A stretch of 61,530 nt of DNA, filler included, from Rhabdomonas costata (taxonomy: Eukaryota): the NCBI GenBank assembly GCA_019059605.1. It is 9 parts of 9 records of this genome, joined end to end, with 100 filler letters (N's around TTAATTAATTAA, not from the genome) between each part and the next. Parts side by side here need not be neighbours in the genome. Positions count along the whole stretch, not along the records: positions 6,674 to 14,612 come from JAHMHO010000010.1; positions 14,713 to 22,805 come from JAHMHO010000011.1; 7 more parts are not named here. One strand, 5' to 3'. This document shows, piece after piece, positions 10,836-22,905 of this stretch (position 1 is the first letter of the stretch; each line of letters begins with the position of its first letter). Under the pieces are notes generated by a model. That model had not been told where the DNA came from, searched no databases, and worked only from the letters and a program-made list of their open reading frames with translations. The translations under genes were made by a program, and so were the position numbers.

Positions 10836-13149
10836 ATGTCTTTGCTTTCCAAAAATCTCCCTCCTCGGGAGGCCCTGATGTCGCTCTTGGCCTTCCAGGC
10901 CTGTCACGTAATGGGCGCGTTGGCTCAGCTGGGGATTCCAGACCTTCTTTTGGACCTTCCCTCTACCGCCGCGGCTGTTGCGCGTCAGTGTGAGCTAAGC
11001 CCGGACGCCTGCTTTCGGCTAATGCGGGCTGGGGTAGCGGTGGGTGTTTTGCAGGTGAATCCCGGCTCCGATGCCTCTACTAGGCCGTCACCAAGAGTTT
11101 GCACTGGCGGCGGCGAACTTTCAATGGCGGGCATAAGATGCACCGCAATCTCGTACACTGGTTAGCTAGCTCCTGGACAACATTATGCACACAATGGAAA
11201 CTGCTCCGTTAATGGCAGCATTTGAAGGACCCCAACCCCGCCACAGCACGATCTCCATGGGTTCGTGTCAGTGGCGACGGGAATGTGGCTAGCGCCGCCC
11301 GGCCAAAGAGGCCGGATGGCTTCGTTTGCGTGTTGGTTGTCGTTATATGTTTGGAGTAATATCGCGAAAAAGAAAGTGTGACCTCTTTTACATGTTCCTC
11401 CCGCACAAAAGTAATTTACTGTCGTGTGGTCATGTAACGTTTGTGGAAAGCGAGCAAGCTTTCCTGGCGAAGAGATAAGAAACCTGCTGCCCTCCGCGGG
11501 TGCAATCCTTGGCCACGGCCACACATCCAGATGACCCTATCAACACTGTGGTCTTCTCTCTTACGGAGGCTGGGCACCTTCTTCGGAAGGACTCCCCGGG
11601 CTCCCACCACGCCTTCCTGTGTGGGCTGGTGATGCCGGGGCAGTACCTCCCCTTTGTCATGCTTGATCAGGCTGTTCGCAGTGGCCAGAGCACCACCCGG
11701 CAGACCCTGGGTTGTGACATTTGGGAGCACTTCCGAAAAGCGGAGGCATCTGAGGGCCTGTTGTTTTCTGAGGTCTTGAAGAAGTCCACAGCCCGCATGG
11801 CAAAGGCGCTGGTGGATGCCTCGGGATACGACTGGTCTTGGGTCCGCTTTCGTCAAATGCACACTGACGAGGGGTGTGAACAAATCATCAAAGCAAGGTC
11901 ACCGAGTCACGGTTAAAGTGATCTGAGACGGAAAAAGACGGTAAGTCAACATTGGTGACATCACTTCAAAATGAGAAATTCCGGTTTCTGATACGGTTGA
12001 CAAAATTGCTGGATCGATTTGGATCAAAATTTGGAATGAGGCCTTATGGGTCCAAAGTAGTGGCTTTTCAATTGTTCTTCGCTGGAATGATGTTTTGACG
12101 TACCGCGAAGATCCCTTACTTTTGTGGGCGGGGGCAGTTTACCATACGGTACGTGTGCTCAACCTTTAACACCCCGAAAGTGGTTCTCTTGGTTAACTTG
12201 GCTGTTTGTACTTGCCCCTCTCGTTGGTGCACTTAACCTCTCGCCGCACTGTCGTTGACGTCGGAGGCTCCAAAGGCGCCTTCCTTTCCTCTGTTCTGCT
12301 GAAGGTGCCCTCCGCAAAGGGCATCCTGCTGGACCTTCCCGAGATTGTCTCGGAAGCCCCTGCTTACCTGCAAGCCCGTGGGGTGGCCGATCGCGTGCAG
12401 TGCGTGGGCGGGGATTTCTTGAGCTCCATGCCTTTTGGGGACTGCTACTTGGTGAAGCACATCCTCCTGAACTGGTTTTTTTGCTCCAACCCACTGAATA
12501 GCATCAGCGAAATAAAACTAACCTGTCAATAGAAGGTCTGCCATTTTGAGATCATGGTTCGTCAATCTGCACCTTCATGGAACCTTTGCAACATTGCTCA
12601 ACCTTGTTTTAGGCATTTCACACCGTTGAAGTGAAGTGGAGGACGGATGAGTAGCCTGTAGTGCACCATGGTATCCTAACCAGCTCTGCATCGTATACCG
12701 TGGATATGGTTCACTTTTTTCCGCTCAACTGTGAACTAGGGTGTCTCATGTCAATGCCAGGATCCCTGCGATGGGTGCATTGTTTTTTTCGGCCTGCGAC
12801 ATCGGGTGGTCCTGCAGGTCGTCGGTTGGAATGCCCGGAGTTTTGCATATTGTGTCCTTCACTGGGTCGCCTTTTAAGGAGCGACGAACAGTGCCTCCGA
12901 ATCCTGCAGCTCATCCACGATGCCATGGACCCCGCAGGAAGGGTGCTTGTGGTCGAGGAACTTGTGGATAATGCTCGGCTCAATGTTCGGGAGCAGATCC
13001 AGGACATCTCTCTCCTTGTACTGACTGATGGAGGCCGACTGCGCACCCTTGCTGAGCACAAGGCTCTGCTTGGCCGAGCAGGATTTACCCTAACGTCCGT
13101 CCTGAAGTTGCAGTCGTGCATCTTGGAGGCGACAAAAGCACCGCCATGA
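10836..13149 (+). CDS. Class II SAM-dependent O-methyltransferase (COMT/ASMT-like, Methyltransf_2 with dimerisation domain); exons ~10836-11078, ~11527-11851, ~12243-12474, 12879-13149
   Basis: Motifs LGIPDLL...FRLMRAGVAVGVL, YDWS, TVVDVGGSKG, LLDLP, VGGDFL, YLVKHILLNWSDEQC, GRVLVVE and GGRLRT occur in order. Intron 3 (12475-12878) is GT-AG; the boundaries of introns 1 and 2 are uncertain (see findings). Confidence 0.9.
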
Positions 13150-13817
13150 CAACAATGATGACGAACCTGCAGGCTTGTGGGCACCCCTTGTGGACGTTTT
13201 TCTTACCCTCTCTGATGAGGGAAAGCCCTTTCTTCTGTGCGAATCATTCCACAATTGGGGCTTGGAGTGTTGTACTATGGTTTTAGGCGTTCCTCCGCAA
13301 CAAGTTTACCCCTCGCACGCACGGGCCTCGGAGATTTACTCCCTACATAGCTCAGCTCTTCGTGCTCATGCACGCCAACTACGATGAGTCTGGCCCACGT
13401 GTATGATGAACCGCCGTTTGTTGCACAGTTTTGTGGTTCCCGGTTGTTGGTGTGTAAAGCAGAACATTAGCACCAGCTCTCGTGACACTTACCACTGCAA
13501 AATTCATGTGGTGTGCAGCTTGCTGGCATGCATATCTTACCGTCTGCCTTAAGTAAATGTATTTCCTTCCGGAATTACCGCTGTATTCAATGAAGTACTA
13601 TTGTGATGGTCAGCAGTAATCTGCGCAGTTTCTTTTGTTCCCCCTGCCCGCCTTCGCTTCACCCGTCAACTGTAGCTGCTGTTTGAGTGCCCGGTGGCTT
13701 CAGCAGCAATAGGCAAGCTGATGAAGCTGTGATCCGTGCTAAGTTCCGGTTTCGCCGTTTTTTTGCAGCTGACCTCTTCTTCCTGTATTTTGTCCTTCCT
13801 CCTTCTCCTCCTGAAAG

Positions 13818-14612
13818 ATGACCTCGTCCCTATGCGAGGATACATTAGTTTGCAGCTTTCGATTCCTAGGGCAAAAGTCACAACTCGGCCTGCGGCTGGT
13901 TTGCAAGCAGTTTCGAAGGCTTGTTGATGAGAGTCTCGCCCCTCAGTGGAAGATTGTGCTGCGGTTCCCACAGCCCCTCAACGATCCCACGGATTGCCAA
14001 AATGCGGCACAGAGCTTGCGGCTTGCGTGCTCTGCCGGGGTGATTTCGGTGAGAAGCTGGAAGCTTATGGAAGGCTTAATTGGGATCGGAGCTGAAAAAA
14101 GGATGGTCACACCCTTGTTTCCCAACCTCACGTCTCTGGTTGTCCAAACCATCATCGTCAGACCGGGAATGCAAACATTTCCAGCTTCGTCTTTCTTCCT
14201 CAAGCTTACACCTTCGGATTTGAGTGAGAATTGGGTCGGAATTGCGGGAATGCGAGCATTTGCAGCTTCCTCTTTCTTCCCCAAGCTTACCTCCTTGATT
14301 GTGTGCCAGAATTACATCACTGCATTGGAAATGCAAGCTTTTGCAGCTTCCTCTTTCTTCCCCTATCTTACCTCCTTGGTTGTGCGCGCTAATCACATTG
14401 GAGATGCGGGAATGCAAGCACTTGCAGCTTCATCTTTCTTTCCCAACCTCACCTCTTTGGATGTGAGCGAGAATCACATTGGAGATGCGGGAATGCAAGC
14501 TTTTTCTGCTTCCTCCTTCTTCCCGAACCTCAACTCCTTGAATTTGAGGTGGAATGAGATCACAGTAGCGGGAATGCAAGCATTTGCAGCTTCCTCTTTC
14601 TTCCCCAAAACA
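13818..14612 (+). CDS. F-box-like/LRR protein paralogue, truncated by the contig end
   Basis: Clear paralogue of 4138-6015 (DTLVCSFRFLG...LRLVCKQFRRLVDESLAPQW; same 27-aa repeat). Confidence 0.88.
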
Positions 14613-14712
14613 NNNNNNNNNNNNNNNNNNNNNNNNNNNNNNNNNNNNNNNNNNNNTTAATTAATTAANNNNNNNNNNNNNNNNNNNNNNNNNNNNNNNN
14701 NNNNNNNNNNNN
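14613..14712. other. Artificial contig spacer
   Basis: N44-TTAATTAATTAA-N44. Confidence 0.99.
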
Positions 14713-15157
14713 TGCTTTGGGGACCCCCTAGATGCCCGCCTGTTGCAACAGGGCAATCAGCAAGGTTAGCTTCTCGGAAAAACAGCAGAAATATTCCTAC
14801 TGATTCGTGACATCCCGGACACTATCCAGACTGGCGCTACAAGGAAACTGGCCATTCTTTCATTCGATTGTAACACTGCCTGCACTGTGCACGCTGCATA
14901 CAAACTCTTCCGGAACTCATAGCACTGATGCTCTTGTGTCACAATCCAACACCAACACACAATCCAGCATCCTACAGGCGAAACCCCCCCGGTGATAGTG
15001 TTTACTACCGTCTTTCAAAACACGAAGTAAAAACCATCGACAATTTTGGTTAAGTGTTCACTATCGTTTTTTCTGATAGTATGCTGAGGTTGGTGACTTC
15101 AGTCTAGGATTTTGCATGTGTCATCCGCGCAAAAATGGCTCGAGAGAGGGGATATAC

Positions 15158-15341
15158 CTTGGGCGAAGTTCACCAGGTGAATGTCCCCTTCCAGAGAGAT
15201 GCGGATCTCGCGGATGTCCCGGAGGTACGCGGTGAGGTCGCCCTCCAAGTCAACATTCCAGACATCCGCAAGCTCCTTCAGCGGCTGAATGAACTTCTCC
15301 CATGCCCTCCCCTGCTGCGATTGCTCAGCACCCGCAGCCAT
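15158..15341 (-). CDS. NCAPH2: Condensin II kleisin subunit CAP-H2, first exon
   Basis: WEKFIQPLKELADVWNVDLEGDLTAYLRDIREIRISLEGDIHLVNFAQ matches the CAP-H2 N-terminal pattern (LLQPIRDL..NW.VD.A..L.EYL.EL....I.F......NF.EA). It ends at a GT donor. Confidence 0.8.
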
Positions 15342-15869
15342 TATTTCGTCAGAAATGAGAGAGAGAGAGCGATAGAGTGAGAGATGGGCAGCGGCCGAGA
15401 GGCCGTGGAGGGAGTGTGGAAATTCGTGGGAGCTTACATTATCCTGCGAGTTCTGCAGAAAGGGCATAGCAAAAGCATAGCAGGAAATTACAGGAAAAAA
15501 GTCCGCAATGGAAGTGCACAACGATTTGCAACCCTTTTTTCCCAGCACAATTGAAAAACATATGGCGTGAAAGCTGTTTGTCCTAAGATGCAATGGATAA
15601 GCTCACCTCACACTGGGGCTAGGGGCACGGACTTCAACGCTACTTTTTTCCCCACTGTTTTCTTTAAAGCTGGTACCCAGCTCAAAACCGATAGCCATTT
15701 GCTATTTACAAGCATCACTCAGACCCAGGTAAGTCGACATACGACTTCAAATCAAATGAATTAGCCCCCTGCCCCCTGCCCTGGGTTGCATGCCCTTTGT
15801 GGCTTTCGTATGGTACTCGTGTTGCGTGTTGGGCTTCGCCCAAACCTTGCGGTGTAAACAAAACATAGG

Positions 15870-18800
15870 TCTATGTGGAATTCGAATGGGAACGGCTCCC
15901 GCCAAGATGTGCATCAAACCAACCATCCCATACAGACTCCTCCATGGGCCCAGTGTACAACAATCCAGTAATGTGCCTCTCCAAGTCCGGAAGGAGGCCC
16001 CTTCAGCAGCTTTCTCAGTACCCCAGTACCACACGCTACCTCAGCGTGGTCAGTCCTGGCAGTGAGGGGTTACCTCTGGTCTCGCCAAGCCCCAGCACAG
16101 CCCAGAGAACGGAAGCCATCTCGTCGGCATTCAGCACAGGCAGAGCAGGCATTGGCTTGGGACGGTATCCCTCCTGCTGAAGCCGGTGTGCAAGTAAGGG
16201 CATAAACTGCGGCTCCCTATGAAAAAGATGGCGCCCACGGCAAAAAACCAGTCCCGAGCGAGAATGAAAAACAGGGGGCTGTTGCACTTTTTTGGAGGGG
16301 AGGGTGGGTGGGTGTTAACTGTTTAGCAGCGTTCCGTTAAACGGTCGAGAAATTTCAAACTGAACAAAAATCGGCATCTAGGGAGCAGTGGGACCTCTTT
16401 CGGAAAAATAACACCATCATGCGGGCACAGGCACACTTTACCTAACCACTAAACAGCAAAAGACGATTTTTGCATGAGCCCCCTATGGCACGTCCCGCCT
16501 CATCCGTCGGATCCGGCCGCGCCGCGGGCTGGCTTCTGCTGAAATGCTGACCCAATGGGTCCAAAAAATCCAAAATCGTTTAACCTCCCCCCACCCCTTC
16601 CTTTAAAATTGTCCCTCCAAAAAACAGGGCGCAGAAGACCAAAACACTATGATCACTGTGATGATGAAGAGCCGGGAATAAGAACCGACTAGGATTCCAG
16701 TTCTGAAATTCCGTTTGGTTGGCGACGACGAGAAGGTTTTGAACCTTTTGTACGCTATTAAAATGCGGGGCAGGTCCCTTCTATCCAATCGGGGGTTTCA
16801 TGGCATTGTGGGGTCCGCTTATCGTGCACACATCTCGCAAAAAGCAAAGCATAATGGGAATGGGTTGTTGTCTCGCTACTGGCGTGCACACATCCTCTTA
16901 CAATAGCCAAACAACAGCCAGGGGAGGTATTGAGAAACCCTCGCTGTACTCGTGCAGTGGTGAGAAAAATGTAGCCGCCTGAGTCTCGCAGCCACCGCCC
17001 CGGCGTGAAAGCTAATCAGTCGTTTTCAAGAAGTCTTCACCTGGTAGATCCGGTGGAGAAGGAGGGGACGATCATCAGAAGGAGGGTCAATTTATCTGAA
17101 CAAGCAGGCCTTCAAACACATGAAAGAAGAAAAGAGAGCCCGAGGAGAGATCTGGTTTATGGACGAGGGACACTGAGACACACCAGGCAAAGAGACATTT
17201 GCTTCCCTTGCTCAGCGGGGGAAGCCAGTCGTCGGGAAACTCCCAACCGTGTCTCTTGGGAGCGGCCATCAGAACGCACTTCTGCGTGAGGAAAGGAGAC
17301 GTCGTTATCTTCATCGATACAGCAGCAGACAAACTCGACTCATAATTTTTCAGATTTTAGCCCCCCACTTCCTCCGGTTTCTCTGGAGGCAGACACAAAT
17401 GGTGCCTTCCCAGACCTCCCCACCCAATCGTTCTCCCGAAGTAACTTCCGCCTTCATTGAAAAGCAAGAGTATTTTGGCAGCAGGTGTGTTGCTGAACGC
17501 AGTTTGGTGTTGGTATCTCCTTGGCATTATGTGCAAGAAAGCCTCATGGCCGGAGGGGAGCTCAGTGCCCCGCTGGGCAGAAGAAATTCTTTATTGTAGG
17601 GATACGTTGTATTAATTAGCACTGTCAGGCAATGCCTTGTTGGAGCTGCATGGTTGCGTTTGTACCTGTAACTTTTCATCCCTGATGCGTCTTGAGGCAT
17701 GAGACGGGAGATACGGACATTGCCAGCCGACGAACTTCCTGGTTTACCAGCTCCACCGGCGGTGCAATTGACGACGCAGCATCCAATTCCACAATTCAGG
17801 ATCAAACCGAGTGTAGGGAAGCACAGTTACCAACCCTGACACAGTTGCAGTCGAGAGCAACCACAGGCGTTTGAGTTCGCACGCAAACCGGAAGAAGAGA
17901 CCAGACCCAGTGCTCAGAAGCCACGTCCACGTACACGAAGCTCAGCAGTGGCGCTTCAGGGGGATCCCATTTGGAACGAGGAGCAGGAACTGTGAGTGTG
18001 GGGTGAGAAGGGAGAGCAAACGGAGCTAGGTTCCAGATATGAAGATATCATCAACAGCCTCCCTTAGAAGAAGAACCTCCCTTACAATGTTGAGACACAA
18101 AAATTCCCCAATTGAGAAGAAACAACCACTCCAGTTACCACTCCTGGTGAGAAGCAAATCCCTCCTCCTCCTCCTTCTTTAGAAAGTTTGTATTGTACTT
18201 CCAATCAGCAAAAAAAATAAATATAAAAACAGTTTGCTTCGCAAGCTTTTGTTTCGCACACGCAAAGTCAAATCTCTTCACTTGACCAGTGACCCAGGTC
18301 AGGGTACAGCACAGTGCCGTGGCAGAGTAGCTCTGCATCGCTTCAGTGGGTTGGGGTGGGGTGGGTTCCACAACACACAAAGTTAGGGTATGAAAGAGGT
18401 GTGCTGTGGAGAAACGGAGCATGTGCGAAACATCAGATTTATATAGGCAAGGCCAAGTGAGAGGAGCACACTAATTTGTGTTTGAGGGATAGTCATCTTT
18501 TCGCGGAGTGGACCAGGAGTATGTTAATATCTCTAGCCATAGCGACAATACACACAATGATTTGTGAATGGATAGGAACAAACGCACACGCACACGCACA
18601 CGCACGCGCACGCGCACACACACACAGACGGGCGTACGCAGACACCAGCGGCGCCCCGTTTGCTCTGCCTGCGGTGAATTTCCAACAAAAGGGCCGCCAC
18701 CCTGGTCTGGGTGTGCAGGCCAAGAAGAGACAGCACCGGCCCTGCACGGAAAGGAGTGAGCTGTGCGAGCCGGTCTCACGAAGAAGAGGGCGAGACTCCA

Positions 18801-21800
18801 TTTGGTGAACAATCCACCAAAAAACCGAATTGTTCACCGACGACTGTCAACCTCGGACGTCCACCCAAACACATCCGACTCATCCGACACACACACACAC
18901 ATTGTGCACTTGGCCAGGACGACTTTTTTCTGGGGAAGACTCGCGTTTCTCTTCCTCCCCGGGCTCCCCACCCTCGATGGGGCATGGGCCCATCGGGCCT
19001 CACCCCCTTTTCGCCTCGCTGCCTCACGTTGCTCTCCCCTGCCTCACAGGGTTCGTGTCCCCCTCGGGACATATGAACGTGGCGTATGAACACACACACA
19101 CACACACACAGGCCTTCACCTTCGCACGCACACTTACGCATGCAGACACTGCCAGGATTGAGCCAGACATTCATACATTTAGAGAAGGCTCCACCGAACA
19201 GGGCGAATATTTGAGCTGGTGCAAGCGGTCCAACCTCTCATTTTCATGGTGACCCCATGGCGATTGGTACAAGATTGGTATAGATATGGGTTCTGCTGAA
19301 AGACTTAGGGGAATTCGTGTACCTTGTGCACATGGCAAGACTGGATGCCCCCCCCATTTGAGGGAGCCCTATCATACAAACCGCACACCCCCACATCCCA
19401 TCGGTTCGCTCCGTGGGCTAACCGATGCCCGCTCATCCCGTGACCCACAGTTTACGTGAGGCCTTGATAACCCCAACTCCCACATTACCACACACCCTGC
19501 GGGTTCCCCAGGTGAAGTAGGAAGTCCCCGGGGTGCCTCTCTGCCAGTCTGAGCTGGAAGGTCTGCGCCTCCACGGGAGGGCTCCACTCCGCCTGCCGCA
19601 GCACCACCGGGCTGTGCTGCTGGAAGGCCTCAAGGAGCCTCACAAAGAACCCGGCCGAGGCCACGGGGAGGGTGGGCAAAAGGCTGACCGCGGGCCGCGC
19701 GCCGCTGGGGTGCACCCAGCTCACCGGGACAACGCTGAGCTCTGGCCCCTGTGACGGGAACCCGAACCTCCCCACCAGAAAGATTCTGATCGGGTTGAGC
19801 CCTAATGTCGGCATCAATGTCCGTTGCACATGGGTTTCAGAAAATTCATCTCCTTTTTTCACCCGCGGTATCGTAAATGCATCTCTAACGGGAACCGATC
19901 ACCAACGCTGAGGTGTCATTGCACGTGGGCGAACCTTCTAGCAATGTTTTCCTTCTTTGGGAAGGACGCAATATAAAAGTACTGGGGGGCGAGAAAAAAC
20001 ACTTTTGAAGCAGAAAGGGTGACACTTCAGAATAATTAAGCAATAACGTAACAGAACAACTAAAAGTGTCCTTCCGACGGTCATCCATGACTGTTGGTGA
20101 TTCCAAGGCAAGCACAGATATCCACAGGATTGGACCAGGCAAGGCATTCCACAAAAAGGAATGAAATCACAAGACGAGAGAATCCGCACACCTTCAGCTG
20201 CACAAAGTGTCCCAGGCCGAGCTTGCTGCCAGGGGACCTTGGGATCCCCTCCTCTAGCCGCTGCAAGTACCTCACCAATAGCCGCTGCAGCATAGCAGAC
20301 GCATCCCTGGCGGTCCAGCCCTTTTGCTGAACCGTCCCTCGCAGTACACGAAGGGCAGTCCAATACGCGATTTCCAGGAAAATTAGGAACAAAACCTGAG
20401 TGGTAAGACCGTGTATATGCTGCTGCATGCTTCATTGGAGAGTTTCCTTTGCATTTGGGGGTTCTTTCTCTGGGATAACCCAGAACCGCAGCCACGCAAA
20501 GAAAAGGGAACCATAACATGCAACAAAAGCCGAGCTTTCGCTGCTCTGTAAGGCCGTTAAACACTTTGAAACCGTTGGTCATCCCCCCCTTCCCGAAATC
20601 GGCCGCGGGGAGCACAGTGGTCTTGCTGTCGACTTCTGTTTCAGTGAAACAGCTTGGTTTTTGGCATGATCGGCTCGAAAGCTCAGGAAGGCAAAATGAC
20701 CATTCCCCTATTCTTGGTTCTTCATTGTGATTCTTCGTGTCATCAGAGTTTAATTACTTTGTGTAACGCTTTTCTTGGTGGTTCCTGATTAATTCCCGAT
20801 TCCCAACCAAGATTTCTTGCTGCTGCCCTTCTCCCATTCCCCCCCTCTTCGTGCCTTGGTACTTTTTCTTGTCAGGTGTTCACTCTTCTTCATTCGTTTC
20901 TTTTTTGGCCTCACTAACGCTTTTTTTTTTGCAAACCCTCTGCCACCTCACTTTTTTATCTTAAACAACCCTTGCCAGCCAGGTATTTCAGGGTATTTGC
21001 AGATTGCACTGGGGAACAAGGTACACGTCATGCACCAAACGAGCGCTCCCGTCTCGTTCCGTCTCTCATAGCCTTGAACGTTCCCAATACAGAAAAACAA
21101 TACAGCAAAAAACGAGTATAAGCAGACCTATATATAAAGGTCCCGGACTCCCACATTCGAAGCTCCCCCAACCCAGCTGAAAAAAAGAAGAGACGGAGAC
21201 AACACCATCAACCTCCTTTCAGGCCTTTGCTGAACCCTACAACCAGCCCAATCTGGTTACTCCTTGACTTTTGCTGCGGTTGTCTTTCTCTCTACCTCTA
21301 GTCCTCTCTCACTCGCGGGTAGCTCCCATGGGGACTATACTCGCTACCCCAATCCCAATCGAAAACCAGCAAATAAGACAAACAGCCTGCGATCCCCCCT
21401 CCTCAACTTTTCCACGCCTGACCACCGGCACACCAACTTCAGCAGAAAGGTGAGCAGCAGAAACTCGAATGAAGGTGGGCAGTAGTGCTCGAGCCTCAGC
21501 ATGACCCCAACGTCCTCCACAGTGAGAGGCCTCACGCTACAAATATTAACAATGCCAATAAAGGATTTCGCCCTTCCTTTTCACGTCACGACCTTTGGTG
21601 GATCCACGTCTCCGAAGCCTGCGAAGCCTTCCGACTGTTCAGAGGGCCGCCGAGGTGGCAGCCCGGGTGAATGTCAGGGAGAAGGTACTCGAGCTGGGCG
21701 CGGACCACCTATCCTCTTCCGTATTAGAAGCAGATGTGGTTGTTAAACCTGCTGCACCGATTACGTTCCTTGTCTCCGCGGTGGTTTGGTTCATGCAGAG

Positions 21801-22680
21801 CCTGCCGGACTTTTGAAACGAGGGAGTGTGCTTGGATCCGCTGGAGTTGCCCTGGACTTTGCATTTCTTGGTGGACACTGCGTCAAACAATTGTTCACTG
21901 TCCAGTGAGCAATACGCAAACAAATGGAGAGCGAGCGAGATTTTGTTCTAGTCCTTTCCGCGGGGAAAATACCACGGAAAGATTGGGTGTGAAGGGGAGT
22001 GGTGAGGGAGTGTGTGTGTGGGAGATGGACGATTGGAAATTGTTAAGATTATACATGGGCCACAACCTCCTGCGCTGCCTTCATCTGCGGTAACTACTCC
22101 CCTTGACGCTCTGCCTTGACCGCGACGAGCTGAAAGCTGACTCACCCCCACACACATATCGCTGGAAGTTGCTGCGCGACAAAGGCCCGGGACCCGTGGA
22201 GCAGAAGGGGGGTTATCATTTGTGGAACATTCGGCGGTGAGCTGGTGACCCAAGGCTCCGTTCGCTACTAAGCTAACTTTTGCGAGCGGCCACCAGCGCA
22301 AGTGCCCGATACCCACATACGCATGCCAGCCTCAGCCTCAGAAACTCTGCCTTGAATCTAATGTCTTGGCGAATTGGATTTTTCTGCCCCGTTTTTTCAC
22401 AGTTTTCGGGAGAGCGGTTGCGGGTTTCTCCAGCGAAGGTATCAGGAGGATATTGCTTCCAAGAGCGAGCAAGCGAGCGGGTGATACAAGCGGGTTGAGT
22501 TGAGCGCCGAGGCAAACGGAGGAATGGCTGAGGACACTCGGCCCACCGCGGGGGACCTGCTCTCAGCGGATCCTCTCCGAGAGACGCAGGAGGCCCCCGC
22601 GCCGCCAACCCCCGCGATGCCGGCCCCTGGTACTGGCATTTTCGGGGTGAGTGGGGGGCGGGGACAGCTTTCATTCGCTT
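15870..22680 (-). CDS. Large multi-exon gene of unknown function (limits approximate)
   Basis: A series of AG...GT-bounded coding-like segments, e.g. VVRAQLEYLLPDIHP...WIHQR joined in frame to PLTVEDVGVMLRLEHY; WTARDASAMLQRLLVRYLQRL; FFVRLLEAFQQHSPVVLRQ; LLSFVYVDVASEHWVWSLLP; EMASVLWAVLG. No family recognised. Confidence 0.45.
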
Positions 22681-22805
22681 CCACTTGTGAAGAAGAAACA
22701 AAGCAAGACAAAACTTGTCAAAGGCCCTTATCTGCGCTTAAACAGAGTGCAGTAGTGCCGACACCGATTTCGTTTCGTTCATGCCAACACAATTAAAAAA
22801 AAATC

Positions 22806-22905
22806 NNNNNNNNNNNNNNNNNNNNNNNNNNNNNNNNNNNNNNNNNNNNTTAATTAATTAANNNNNNNNNNNNNNNNNNNNNNNNNNNNNNNNNNNNNNN
22901 NNNNN
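22806..22905. other. Artificial contig spacer
   Basis: N44-TTAATTAATTAA-N44. Confidence 0.99.
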
